NCBI GenBank assembly: GCA_000182565.2
Contig: KQ257452.1
Origin: Spizellomyces punctatus DAOM BR117
Taxonomy: Eukaryota
Reading direction: 5' to 3' (one strand)
Length of the DNA stretch: 64,000 nucleotides
Shown: positions 24,733 to 36,991 of the stretch, piece after piece
How the letters are laid out: the number at the start of each line of letters is the position of its first letter
How positions within the stretch are numbered: position 1 is the stretch's first letter
Program-made: the position numbers and the translations under genes
The notes under the pieces: model-generated
Told to the model about the DNA's origin: nothing
What the model saw: only the letters and a program-made list of their open reading frames with translations
The model's database searches: none

Positions 24733-25975
24733 ATGTCGAGCCCGTTGTGGAGATTAGCTGTATCAAGCAGCGGGTCTCAAACGAGATCCCTTCGGCTTCC
24801 ATCCTCTGCTCTGTGCTTATCTTCTCCTTCCACACATTTCCATACCAGCACTACCGTTCATACCCGAATTCCAGCCCTCCAAGTACGAATCTCGAAAAAG
24901 TCTTGGGAAAAGAACCAGAAGAAAATAGCAAATCTACAGCAACGGTTGGGAGATAAATATGCAGAAATTGGGCGTGACAAGCGGCGCTCACCTACCACAA
25001 CCACCCGCTCTTCAACCGCCGTGTCCCAAGCCCAGCCTACTCCTCCACCTGAATCGAAGCTGCTTCCCTTCCTTGCAACACCTGAAAAGCCTCACCCGGA
25101 GCCCATCGTATCCGGTAGTCTTAAGGACACTTTAGCTACCGCGGAGGAACGGAGTCAAAGAGCTGCGGAGGAGGCACGAGAGCAGGGCGCGGATGGAGTC
25201 AGCGAACAGGAGAGGGCAGGTAGTATTCGTATGCCTAGCCTTCGAACAACCGGTCAAGAAGATGTGAAGAAGGAAATGAAACTCCCTGCGAATGTCGCGG
25301 ATATCATTCCGGAGAGGACACCCATCGCTCTTCGTGGCGTTGCACAACCCGAAGGTGTAGAGGAGATCCCACTGCCTGCGGCCTCAGGACCATATTACGC
25401 TCATGGTCTCACTCCCTCAGAAGCTGAATTGCTGTTTGTGGATGCCCCACGTCTTGCCAAAACGTCGCTCAAGGGGCAGCTCTCGGCTGATATGGCAGAG
25501 CCAAAGGCTGAAATGCTTCGGAGGATCCTGAGTCTGGAAAACGCGAATCGAAGTCAGATTACAAAATTCAATACGGAGCGATGCGTTCAGTTGTTTGGCA
25601 GAATGCCGCATGATACCGGAAGCCCAGAAGTGCAGGGTAAGGATTCAGCGCCAGTATGAGATCGTCGCCCAGATAGTGTACTAATGAACTACATGTCTAT
25701 ATTCTAGCTGCGATTTTTACAGTCCGCATTCAAGCAATGACAGACCATTTGAAGAGTCATCGAAAAGATGTCTCTACCAAGCGACAACTGGAGAAATGGG
25801 TGTCAAAGCGGATGAAGATTTTGAAGTACCTCAGGAGAACGGTAGGTCACTGGGTATGGCGTGGCCAAAGTCTGAGCTGCTTGGCTGATATGTACTGTCG
25901 TGTCTACAGGATTTGCCAAAGTTTGTGGAAACTTGCAAAGCTATTGGAGTTGTGCCTGACACCATACGTGTATAA
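24733..25975 (+). CDS. MRPS28: Mitochondrial ribosomal protein uS15m (yeast Mrps28-like)
   Basis: Presequence-like start, LRRILSLENAN, HDTGSPEVQAAIFTVRI..HLKSHRKDVSTKRQL S15 domain. Confidence 0.88.
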
Positions 25976-26163
25976 ATCGGTGTATGGAAATCTGGACTCT
26001 ACACGTACATATCCAGCAATAGCAGCTTCGCTGTATCACTAGTAACTCTGTCGCTACTATCTATCGTTGCTATGCTAGCTAGGTGGAATCTTTATATACT
26101 TAGAGCGACCCAACGTCACATGGGCAGGCTAGTTGTTTGCAAAGTCACAGCAGCGTGCCTAAA

Positions 26164-27512
26164 TCAATAAATTATACCGACTCTCAGTTCTCCTTCAAAA
26201 GCATTAATTATCAGTCCCCTCCGAAAAGGTTCAGTCCATGCCACACAAGAGCATTGGAAATGAAGGAAGCTGAAGAAAATCTTCAGGCCCCAAGTGCTGA
26301 TTGCTGCCAACATCGTCACCTTGAAGGAACCCGGCCAATTGGGCAAGTCTGTGGATTGCCATGCAAACGGCCCTTGTGGCTTTATCAGCCAGTCCCATGT
26401 GAGTATTGGGAGCGCTGAAGAAAGATATGCCCACAATTGGTAGCAAAAGTAATGTGACAATTGAGATTTGACGCCCCGTTCCGCGATTGATCTGTCCGTT
26501 CGCATCAGCCAATTTTCATGTTCCCAGTGAATCAAGCCCAATACCCGCCTGCGGGCAATGAGAAAAAGCCACCAATGAAGAATCGGCACCCACAGTGTCG
26601 TCCACGTCCCAACTCCGCCATCAGGTCGCGTTGCACCTCTCCCTTTCCACCTTGCTCTGTCTATCGCATCGGCCGACAAAAACCACCACGCGGTCCATAC
26701 TGCCCCATTCACAATATATACCCCGTAGAGAAGGAGTATGCGTTCCATTGCTGGATAAACGAAATGTGCTATAAATGTTGCCGTGTAGAAGGCGAACAAA
26801 ATGGCGTAAACGTGATCGAGGAACGTGACAGTATGTGGTGGGCATTCGGCGTTTGGGTTGAAGGATAGGTATTTTGAGGAGGGGCAAAAGATGGTGCGAG
26901 TTGTGTAAGTGTAGAGGAGGTAGAGATGAAGAAGGAAGGTAATAGGTCCGTAGGAAATCTGGCTGAAGGCGGCAAAAGATTAATCAATCAGACATTCAAA
27001 AGAAAATGACCAAGGAAACGCACGCGTTAAACTTTATTCTGTCCAGAAATCTACCAAAGTCTTCTCTTTCATCTATCGTATCGGGCGCGCGATATGATTT
27101 CGACTCGCCCTTCTTTGTGATCTCCGCTATTCAAAGGCCCAGATGTCAGATATTTACATAGACACCCGTAGCATGAAAACAAACCCAACAGTTTCATCAC
27201 AATGGACATACCAAATAGTCTATAAAATCCATATCGATATCGCTGGAACTCCTTTTCTGACCGGCTTGGTGGATCCCCTTCATTCCGATAATAAGTATCC
27301 TCAAGCGGTTCTTCGTCATGGTCATCACCAGACGAGAATGAAAAGAAGAGAATTCCTCGTCGTAGCCATGCGGAGGCAAGATTGAGGTGGTATTCAAACT
27401 TTGCTCTTTGCATAGTGTGACATTCGGCAAAGATTAATGTTGGCCATCTGAGCGCTGTAAAGGAGGTCCACACCCATCGGTCAGCATCTGGCTTGATTGT
27501 GGATCCACTCAT
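26164..27512 (-). CDS. Unknown multi-pass membrane protein (multi-exon)
   Basis: Spliceable open frames with several hydrophobic, Trp-rich helices; no recognised family; ends uncertain. Confidence 0.6.
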
Positions 27513-27637
27513 GTATGACTCGTTGTTGCTATAGAAACTACTTGAGCATTGCCGTTTCCAGACGCGCAGGGAATTGTACGATCGAGGACATTGGGCATTT
27601 GACTTCGTATTCCTTGTTAAAGCAGACTCTCCCTACG

Positions 27638-28708
27638 ATGCGCTCACAAATCTTGTTGTCGCCGATACTCCTTGTGCTTCTTGCTCTTGTCGGCCATGTA
27701 TACGCGCGCCGTGTCATCCCAAGTTTCGGTGACATAACGTTGAAGATCACTGGGGCAGATGGCTCAGACATTCGTTCAGAAACGTAGGTGGAGCGCATGT
27801 GACTCGTTGGGGTAGCTCCCATTCCCTTGTACTGACCTCTACTGTCAAATAAAGTTTAACTTCCCCGCCCCGAATTTCCAAACCTCTCACCCTCGGTTCA
27901 GGCAGCAAGCTGACCCTGAACGTGCCTGTTAAAGATGACAAAGGCAAGGCTTTGTCCTTGCAGCATCTGTTCCTAGGAGCCAGGAACGATAAAACGAGAG
28001 ATGAGAAGACGTTGGTGTGCGCATCGAAGGGGACAGGTGTCTTTACGTGCGAGCTGGTGAGTTTCATACAGCGAAAGTATAAAAGATGTCAAGCCGACCA
28101 ATTCTACCCGACAGGATCAGTCAACCCTCGACAAACTTCACCCAGGCCCGCACACTCTGACGTTATACGCAGGCTCTGTAGACACGGAGCCTCTTGCTCA
28201 TAAACTTGGTACCGCGGAGTTCTCAATCGCCGGACCGTCAACAAAAGGGTCGAGTGACTGGGATGTTTTCCAACCACTTCCAGAGATAACGCACAAATTC
28301 CGTCCGGCTGACAAAATGCCGAATAAGATCTTGTCCTTAACGTTTAGTGGACTTGTGTTGGCCCCATGGCTGTTACTCCTTGGATCGGTGAGTGGAGTTT
28401 GCTAGTATGCGGCCTCATGCACTGAACCATGCTAATGCTTCACCCAATGATAGTATATCGTATTGGGTGCGAACTTTACAAACTTGTTCAGCAGTTCGGT
28501 TTCATTTATTTCCGGGTCGGCCTTTATGGGGAGCCTGTCGCTCTGCGTATTGTTATATTATGTCTATTGGGTAAAGCTGAATCTTTTCCAATTGCTGGGT
28601 TACGGAAGCCTCCTGGGACTCATTACGGCCATTTTGGGACGACAAGCTTTGGTGGCGAGGGCTGCAATGCGATCAGCTGGAGTGCCTCGATCTGTAAAAA
28701 CCGAATAA
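27638..28708 (+). CDS. SWP1: Oligosaccharyltransferase subunit Swp1/ribophorin II
   Basis: Signal peptide; FQPLPEITHKFRPADKMP motif followed by three TM helices (YWVKLNLFQLL..GRQAL). Confidence 0.88.
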
Positions 28709-28814
28709 TATTGTAATCACAAAAGTGTTCGAATTTGGATATACATTCATTTAACCAGAAAAAAAGAACTATTGCTACAAATAACTGTACATGGTGTAAT
28801 CGATCATCTACAAA

Positions 28815-31800
28815 CTAATATAGAGTCTTATTGGACTCGTAAATCGCATCCAGCAGGGCAAAGAGCGTCCTGCCCACATCTCGTCCATCGCCAATCTCAG
28901 ATCCCTGTAGCATAGATTCGGCAAGCTGCGGCTGTTGCTGCAGCTGTCGTTGACCTATTCCCAAAGTGGACGAGGTTCCATAAAACAATGGATGTGGTTG
29001 ACCATTATGAAGAGGGTGAAGGTGTTGCGACGTCCCGACGGTCCGTTCCGGAGAGCCTTGCAAAGCAGGGTGACGATCGTCTCCGCTCATCTCATTGAAC
29101 TTTACGTTACGCTGCGAAGCGGCGAATAGGTGTCAGTTTTTGGCCAACAAACACACCTTGATATGGTCCCTTACCCTCGGTCTCAACAAGGAATGCAAGA
29201 GCAATGAGGAGGAATTGCCAGGGTCTGGCATATACTGCGACTGTAACAACTCGTTCCCTCGAGCTAGGATTGTATTCAAATACTGCGATCCATCGACTCT
29301 CGGCTCCCAGCCGGGATTGTTGATCTGATAAACAGATTAGATTGGAACGTTCGCAAACTCTTCACTGCAGAGGATATAAAACGGCATACCTTAAAGTTCA
29401 CAAAGGACTGCTCCATTTTACCCTCTTTGGATATGTAATATTCGTCCTGGTTCTGTGTAGGGACCCCGTACTGAGAAGATCAAGAGGAATGATGAGATAC
29501 AAATCCACCTCCAGTCCGCAAACGTCCTAGTGATGACAAACCTTCAAGTTTCCATGCCTCTGGAAATCAAAAACGGCGAAAGAGCAAACGTATCCAAGGG
29601 AATCAACATGGACAGTAAACTCCCGGAAGAAATCCACGATTTGCTCAGCGCATGATGGGAGAGAGTACCACAAAATGACAGGGGCAAAGAGAACGCTCAT
29701 AATCTCTTGAAGGAAGAGGACGATTTTGTACTCGAAGAGGATGCCAAACTGCTGTCGAACCTGTACAAATAGGATGTCGGGAATTAATTGATGAATGTGT
29801 GATGGTATTGCCAAGGATGCTTGCCTCATCCAAATGCATCTTCCCTCTCCATTCAGAAGGCAGATAATGAGTCTCTGCCACCACCTGACGCAGCATTCTC
29901 GCAGGTTCAAAAACCTCATTTTCATCGGGAACCATGCCTCGGCTGACGGCCATGACAGTTCCAAATATCCCAATGTAGAAGAACACTGAGCGATTTGGTG
30001 TGATTTCAAACCCATGAAGCAATTCCTCCTCGATCATAGTCATAATAATCAGGACCGCCAAGAAGGCGCCAGTAATGAACGCAATGAATCTAGACAACTC
30101 ATATAAGTAAACTGTACCAGTACTACTCAGGCAATCTACACATACCGTGCCAATATGGTAATCTTCTGGTTTGGGAACTGATTCATATATTTCGTAGCCA
30201 TGCGGTAACTTCGGTTTAGCCGGCGTTCAAACAGGTGCGGAAGCTCGTTGAATTCGCGGAATTTCCATCTTGCAAAAGGAGAATATTGACGAGATCCAAG
30301 TGAGGATGGGTTCTTATGAAACTCCTGCGAAAGAGTACAATGGAATGAAATTTCAGTGATCAGCTGGGTTGGTTCTATATAATACTAAAGCTAACCTGTG
30401 CGTATCGGAAGAAGAAATGCATAATGAAAACGAAGAAGAGGAAGGGGGCGCATATGAGGTTAACGAGGCCCATCATGGCAAAACGCTGTTTCAACCTAGA
30501 AAGACATTTTTAGTTACTCTATAACCAACATATCGCAACAGCTCCGTTGCTTACTCATTAACCAACTTGGATCTACATCGATCATCCAAGGACGTATTAA
30601 TACCATGCATCTTGACACGAATCCGAGGGTAATTACCTATTAGTGTCCTTAATGAATCTCTTCCTGATTCTGCCTTCCTCATTGAATGCAAAGGACAAAA
30701 TGCAGAATGACAGATTCCACTCGATAATTTTCGTTAACATTTGTCGCCGCCCGAGTAATGGCACGGTCAGGTCTAGGATATCTTTATTGAACAGGGCAAT
30801 CATGTAGTTGTCCTTCCGAAGGATGCGGTTGGCAATATTGTGCGCGTCCAGTTTCATCGTCATGGCACGGTTTTGCATTGGGCCCGGTATGTCGGGAATG
30901 TGCATGATTTTATTCACTATGTCGCGCCAGTCAATCGTTTGCATCTCAGCCTATAACGGTCTCGTCAACTTCCCAGGCATAACTAAACAAGAAAGGTCTG
31001 TTTGAACTTACATCAGTAATTCCTAGCACATGATAGTAGAAGCGATGTATCCTTAGAAGCTGCGGTATATCCGTTAATAGCCGTAGGAATTGCCAAGTCC
31101 ACCAGATACTGAATATGATCAGAATGAAGGCCGGGGCTCCGTGTATGCTGCACATACCATCAGAACTACATCCTTTATTACAGCTCCTTGAATTGAGGAG
31201 TACCAACCTGCGGAGACAGTGGGGACGAATCACTTCACTCAACAGCTGCTTCTTCCGAATGAGTGAATAGTCGATACACCCGAAAAGAAACGTTGAGAAG
31301 GCGACAATGAATGCCAGGATGCTGTAGAAATTAGCTCAGGACGACCCCACGCATGATAGATATATCTGACTACGCACACTCACAAGAGATTGGTGATTCT
31401 CGCCAGGATAATGGAATACAGTCCCTTTCCAATATAGAATGCATATATCTAGTAGAGTATTGCCATAAATGGATTGTAGGGAATGAGTATGCTTATGTGT
31501 ATGCAATATACCTTCTCGAGGAGCTTATCCAGATTCTGTGTTTCAACCCACATCTTGACCGACCTTTCTTTGGACGAGCCCGGTCCAAGTTCTGCTATGC
31601 TTGCCGACAACCCCTCCATAGCTCCCCACAGAGCAGTCTTAGTTCTTCTCCGATTATAGTTCATACCGAGATTATGTCTTCTTTCAAAGCGGCGGCCAGG
31701 ATTTCCTCCGCCATGCCCTGAAGGCGCTCCTCGGCCATCAGTGTTTAGCGGTGACATTTCAAATCTAATTGAGGCCGGCGCCTCCCCCACGTCTGAATCC

Positions 31801-32111
31801 TCATCGTCGTCATCCTCAAAGTCAATTTTAGGAGGTTCATAAGCGCCAAACCCGTTATAGACTCTCTGTTGTCCACCAAAAAGTGCTTGTTCCGGTAATC
31901 CACCGTTCGGAATATCAGATACAGGGTAATCAGACACCTGAACCTCTTCTAGTCCTGCCACGTGGAACTGGGAAGCTGGAGGTTGTTCGAAAAAGGTGGG
32001 CGGCGAGTCGGAATCCTCGTCGTCGTCGTCGGGGAGAAAAGGCGGTTCATACGTAAATGGTGTGGACTGCAGACCACCTACATAGTCAGCAGTCTCTCCC
32101 TGATATGCCAT
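28815..32111 (-). CDS. ATG9: Autophagy lipid scramblase Atg9 (multi-exon)
   Basis: [76 protein letters not shown]. Confidence 0.95.
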
Positions 32112-32419
32112 GAGGCGGCCTACAACTTGTAGAGCTCTCAGGCCCTCTGGTATTGCTGTAATTAAGAAACTTGAATGGGAGAAAAAGTAACTTGCTCTAC
32201 AAGTAGGCGGAGGCCTGTGGTAGAGCTTTGGCTAAAGGCACGCTGATGACACGCGACAAAAGTCATGTGCCCAATGCAGTTCAAGTCATTTGCAGTGCCA
32301 GTTGCAAGCGACGGAACAAAAACAAAAACAAAAACGTTACTTCAATGGGGAAACAAAGGCCAAATCTTCAATATTTAAACCAAGGTGCACCTTTACAAAA
32401 ATATCTACACTAAAAAAGT

Positions 32420-32435
32420 AGAGCTGAAAAGCTCT
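32420..32435 (-). promoter_or_regulatory. Histone-stem-loop-like hairpin in H2A 3' UTR
   Basis: AGAGCT-TTTC-AGCTCT-AC on transcript strand, 68 nt after the stop. Confidence 0.55.
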
Positions 32436-32503
32436 GATTTCGTTTTTTAAAATCAAAGATCGGTCTTGACCGATGAAGGGTGTATGCGTGTGTAAGTAGG
32501 TGT

Positions 32504-32990
32504 TTACTGAGATTCTCCTTGGCTGCCCTTGGCGCCCTTTGTCTTCTTTGGCAAAAGGACAGAGTGGATGTTCGGGAGGACACCTCCTTGGGCGATTGTG
32601 ACGTTGCCAAGTAGCCTGTTGAGTTCGTCGTCGTTGCGGATGGCAAGCTGGAGATGGCGGGGAATGATACGGGTCTTCTTGTTGTCACGAGCGGCATTTC
32701 CAGCAAGCTCTAGAATTTCAGCAGCAAGATACTCAAGAACGGCAGCCAAGTAGACGGGGGCACCTATGCAGAATGATTTATCTTAGCCTATGGACCAAAA
32801 AGCACTATGGTTGATCATTTATCGGATATAGACACATACCAGCTCCGACACGCTGCGCGTAGTTGCCCTTGCGCAAGAGACGGTGGATACGACCGACTGG
32901 GAATTGGAGACCCGCACGAGCGGAACGAGACTTTGAGTTGGTCTTGGCGGCTACCTTTTCGGCACCAGATTTTCCTTTTCCTCCGGCCAT
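32504..32990 (-). CDS. HTA: Histone H2A (one intron)
   Basis: [43 protein letters not shown]...[12 protein letters not shown]. Confidence 0.98.
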
Positions 32991-33391
32991 TGCTGTGTAA
33001 GGTGTGCGTGAGAGAGAGGGTCGTGAGTGAGTCTTGAAGAGAAACGTCAAAGCTTGAAGCGTAGCAGAATACGGAAAACGACTTGGGGGAATGGCGAGGA
33101 GCGTCGCCTTTTATGCTCCAAGCGGAGACGATGAGGCCGATATTACAGTGGCTTAGTAGCGTGTACAATATTTCCATAAAAGGCTACATGGTGAGTTTTT
33201 CACGTGACCGTAATTAGTCCCAATTAGGCTTTATTGTATATTGCTACTAAGCATCGTTAAATGACCTGCTCGAAGCTTCGTCTATAAAAGGCGGGCGTGT
33301 GTGCGCTTCCCCCGCTACGTCTTTTTCACAAACACTTTGCGACTTGACCAAGACCTTTCACCCGCACCACTCTCATCCATCACACACACAA
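32991..33391. promoter_or_regulatory. Divergent H2A/H2B promoter
   Basis: Head-to-head histone genes; TATAAAA at 33283-33289 (+) and CATAAAA at 33109-33115 (-). Confidence 0.7.
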
Positions 33392-33925
33392 ATGGCACCC
33401 AAGGAAGCTCCCGCTGCTGCAGCCCCTACTGGTGGCAAGAAGGTGACTTTTGTCGTGAGCTTGAAGCATGAGGACGTCAGAATCTAATATCGTCCGCTTT
33501 GACAGCCCGCTGGAAAGGCACCCGCAAAGCCCGCAACAGAGAAGAAGGAAAAGTCAAAGAGGAAGACTATCCGTCGTGAGACCTACTCTACATACATCTA
33601 CAAGGTGTTGAAGCAAGTGCACCCCGACACTGGTATCTCCAACAAGGCCATGTCCATCATGAACTCTTTCGTCAACGACATCTTTGAGCGTATTGCGGGA
33701 GAGGCATCCAAGCTCGCTGCCTACAACAAGCGCTCCACCATCAGCTCACGTGAGATTCAAACCTCAGTGCGTCTTATTCTTCCCGGTGAACTTGCCAAGC
33801 ACGCTGTTTCTGAGGGTACCAAGTATGTACTCGCCTTGCTTGAATGAAAGTTGCTGCTTTCAGATTGTTGACAATCGATTTTCCACTACCGTAGGGCTGT
33901 GACGAAGTACCAGTCTGCTAAATAA
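33392..33925 (+). CDS. HTB: Histone H2B (two introns)
   Basis: [40 protein letters not shown]...[16 protein letters not shown]. Confidence 0.98.
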
Positions 33926-33992
33926 GCTCCGCGCTCCGTCTCTTTTGCATAGTATAATATTTGGATCATGCGCCCGTCGGTGGCTTCATTCC

Positions 33993-34010
33993 GCGTTTTT
34001 GTCAAAACGC
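33993..34010 (+). promoter_or_regulatory. Histone-stem-loop-like hairpin in H2B 3' UTR
   Basis: GCGTTTT-TGTC-AAAACGC-AC, 67 nt after the stop. Confidence 0.45.
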
Positions 34011-34250
34011 ACTGCAAACGTTTTGTTTTGTAAATAGTTGATAATAAATTGCTTGAATTTGAAATCTACAAGTTGGTTTGCATGTTCCTGCTTTGTCATA
34101 TAGATACCGCATTGGTGAATATTTGCCAGGCGTTGCCGTGGCAACAGCAATGCGTCCCTTTGCAAGTCTGTTCCTCTTGACGCCTACCTCGCCCGACTCT
34201 TTCGTTATACATCATCTATTCAACTGTCTCCTGTAGTAAATCAGTAAATC

Positions 34251-35408
34251 ATGTCAGACCCGATGGATCTTTCCCTTGAGGATATCATTTCCGCAAAATC
34301 CCGTGGAAGGGGGGGACGCGGACGAGGACGCAGGAACCTCAGAGGTCCAGGGCGGCGGAATAACGCTGATGGGGAAGACGTAGCGTTTTCAGTGACCAAC
34401 ACGCTCTCGCGCTCGCCAAGAACTGGACGCGGAGGACGCAACCGAAATGCAGATAAGCCGTATGCTCGGGGAAATGTTGAGGGGCAGTGGAAACACGATC
34501 TTTTCGATGGTCCGAATGCGCAGCGGGGTAGAACTGTTTTAGGAACTGCGAGAGGAGGTAGCAGCGAGAGTACGCGCATTCGCATTGAAAACTTGCATTG
34601 GAATGTACGTGTTATTCGGCTTTGTGATATGCAGACCATTCTTGCTCTCATACGGACACTAACTGGTTTCTTGGCTTTCCAAAGGTTACGGAAGCGGACA
34701 TCTGGGAACTTATGGGGTCGGTACAAAACGCACCGATATGAGCATTTGTTGTCACTTGCCCAAATCTTTTTGAGACGCGATCGTTAATCGAAGCCTCACC
34801 TTCCTCTTCATCCACCCATCTATTGATGGATTCCTCGAATACTCTTTCCTTTCTTTGCATATTGCAGCTCGCTCGGTCATCCGGTGAAGAATGTCAAGAT
34901 TTTCTACGACAATGCTGGCCGGTCGGAAGGTAATGCCGAAGTGACCTTTGAAACTCTCGAAGCCGCACAGGTTGCCATCGATACGTTCGACGAACGAGAA
35001 CTCGACGGAATGAAGATGAAGATTACTTTATTGGAACGAAGCGGCCGGGGCGGCTCAGGAAAAGTTACAAGTCGCCTTGGGCCTAAATCCCAGGGGAGCA
35101 TTTTATCGCGGTTAGGTCAAAAGTTGGAAGACCGGCTTGGACCTAGAGTAGGAAACGGGGCTGGGAGGGGTGCTGGTGCCGGTGGTCGTGGACGTGGTCG
35201 GGGTAGGGGCCGTCCAACCCCAGCAAGTAAAACTGATTTGGACGACGAAATGGATCGCTATATGAGCGGAGAACCCGAACCTGAACAAGGTGCTCCTCCA
35301 GCAAATGGTGGAGGAATTCATCGCGACTTGGATAGACCGATTGGAGGCGTGCAGCGAGAAATCATCAGTTATGATGATGTGGACACACCTGCCGTGATGC
35401 AGGTGTAA
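34251..35408 (+). CDS. YRA1: mRNA export adaptor Yra1/ALYREF (RRM, RGG)
   Basis: N-box MDLSLEDII, WKHDLF, RRM (IENLHWNVTEADI..YDNAGRSEGNAEVTF), RGG and C-box DLDDEMDRYM. Confidence 0.9.
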
Positions 35409-35669
35409 AAGTTGGACGATGTTCTTAGGGTTTTGGCGTGCAGAATAGTATTTCTTATTCAACCATGCTCTATTTGAGATTGTGGATATTGCTGCACATG
35501 TGCATGGCTCATCTGGTTGCAAACTGTTCAACCGTACTCCCGCGTTAGTGCGGAGCTGTGAATCTACTACATTTGCCCAGTATCAGCACCATTCAATTAG
35601 GGGCCTGCAAGTTCAAATCGCACAAGATTTATTATAGTACATGATCCACAATAGTTCTATGGGATGAAC

Positions 35670-36523
35670 TTAGAACTTTGCGAACGACTTGGCACCCTTC
35701 ACAATCTTCTTCTGGACACGGAGAACGTTGAAACGGACGGTCTTGGACAAGGGCCTAACAAACCAGATAAATGCCTGATCCATTTGAATCACTGACAATA
35801 TCAACTAAATCCTTACCTGCACTGGCCAACAGTCACAACATCGCCAACCTCCACACCGACGAAACAGGGGGACATGTGGGCAGCCAAGTTCTTGTGGCGC
35901 TTCTCGTAACGGTTGTACTTGGGAATGTAGTGAAGGTACTCACGACGAATGATGATGGTCCTCTCCATCTTGCCAACGGAGATGACAACGCCAGTCAAGA
36001 TACGACCACGGATGCTGACCTTGTCGGACGTGAAGGGGCACTTTTTGTCAATGTAGTGACCTTCGATGGCTTCACGGGGTGTCTTGAAGCCAAGACCGAC
36101 ATCCTTGTACCACCGGCGGACGGTCCTCTTCTTGCCCGTGAGCTTGGGGTTCTGGAAGATGCCGATCTGGCTCTGGAAGGCCTTTTGTGTCTGCGAAGAG
36201 GAAGAGCGTAGCAAAAGCGTATCAGTGCGCGTTCACTTCCAAAAATGACACCTGTCCCTCATTCAAGCTATGGAATCCTCTCTTGCATATGAGAATCCCA
36301 GGATCAGACTCGGTCTCTCAAAATCAATGGATTCACCGCCTTTTTCAATCGAATGGGTAGTAGAAGATTCTCCTCCCAACTCTTGCTCCAGTCCACAACA
36401 CCTTGCACCACCCTTCATCACATGGCCTACAATCTCCACGGTCCCCCCTCCGCAACCCATTCCAACTCCTTCCCCATCAATACCACCGTCCTCGCCATCT
36501 GCATTACCCACCTGCTCAGCCAT
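35670..36523 (-). CDS. RPS11: 40S ribosomal protein S11 (uS17)
   Basis: [51 protein letters not shown]. Confidence 0.98.
36299..36426 (-). ncRNA. Candidate box C/D snoRNA in RPS11 intron 1
   Basis: Box C GTGATGA (36421-36415) and box D CTGA (36307-36304) with short AGG/CCT flanks, in a 321-nt intron of a ribosomal protein gene. Confidence 0.55.
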
Positions 36524-36991
36524 TTTTGTCCGCTTGTCGTGAAAGGTAGGGACGGTCTGAGAGCTGGTCAAAGAGGAGGGAAAAACGAGAGCTTGTTCCT
36601 GCAACACACTTGAAATCCATTTTTTGCTGGACGTGGCTTGTATCCTGCCAGACGATTCTGATTGGCTGGCTGTTCGCTCAAAAAGGAATAATTGTATACT
36701 GCACCTGACTGCACGTGACATGAGCGGACTACGTCAAAGAATCGAAACGCATATTGGAACGTGGACTTGCAACGACCGGAACTGCCGATTTGGGACATGG
36801 GGAGTTCGAGCAATTAGGCAGGATAGCGCGGACAATTCACACCAGATCTTCAAGAGCTCGCGCACCGCTACAAATTCAACTTGGAGTCAAGTTCCTCCTT
36901 GCTTCGCCGAAAACCACTAGAGTTGCTTGCTGTACTAGGCAGCCATCCCGCGATATTGTCCATTGTCGGCGACTTGCCCTAGGTCACAAAG

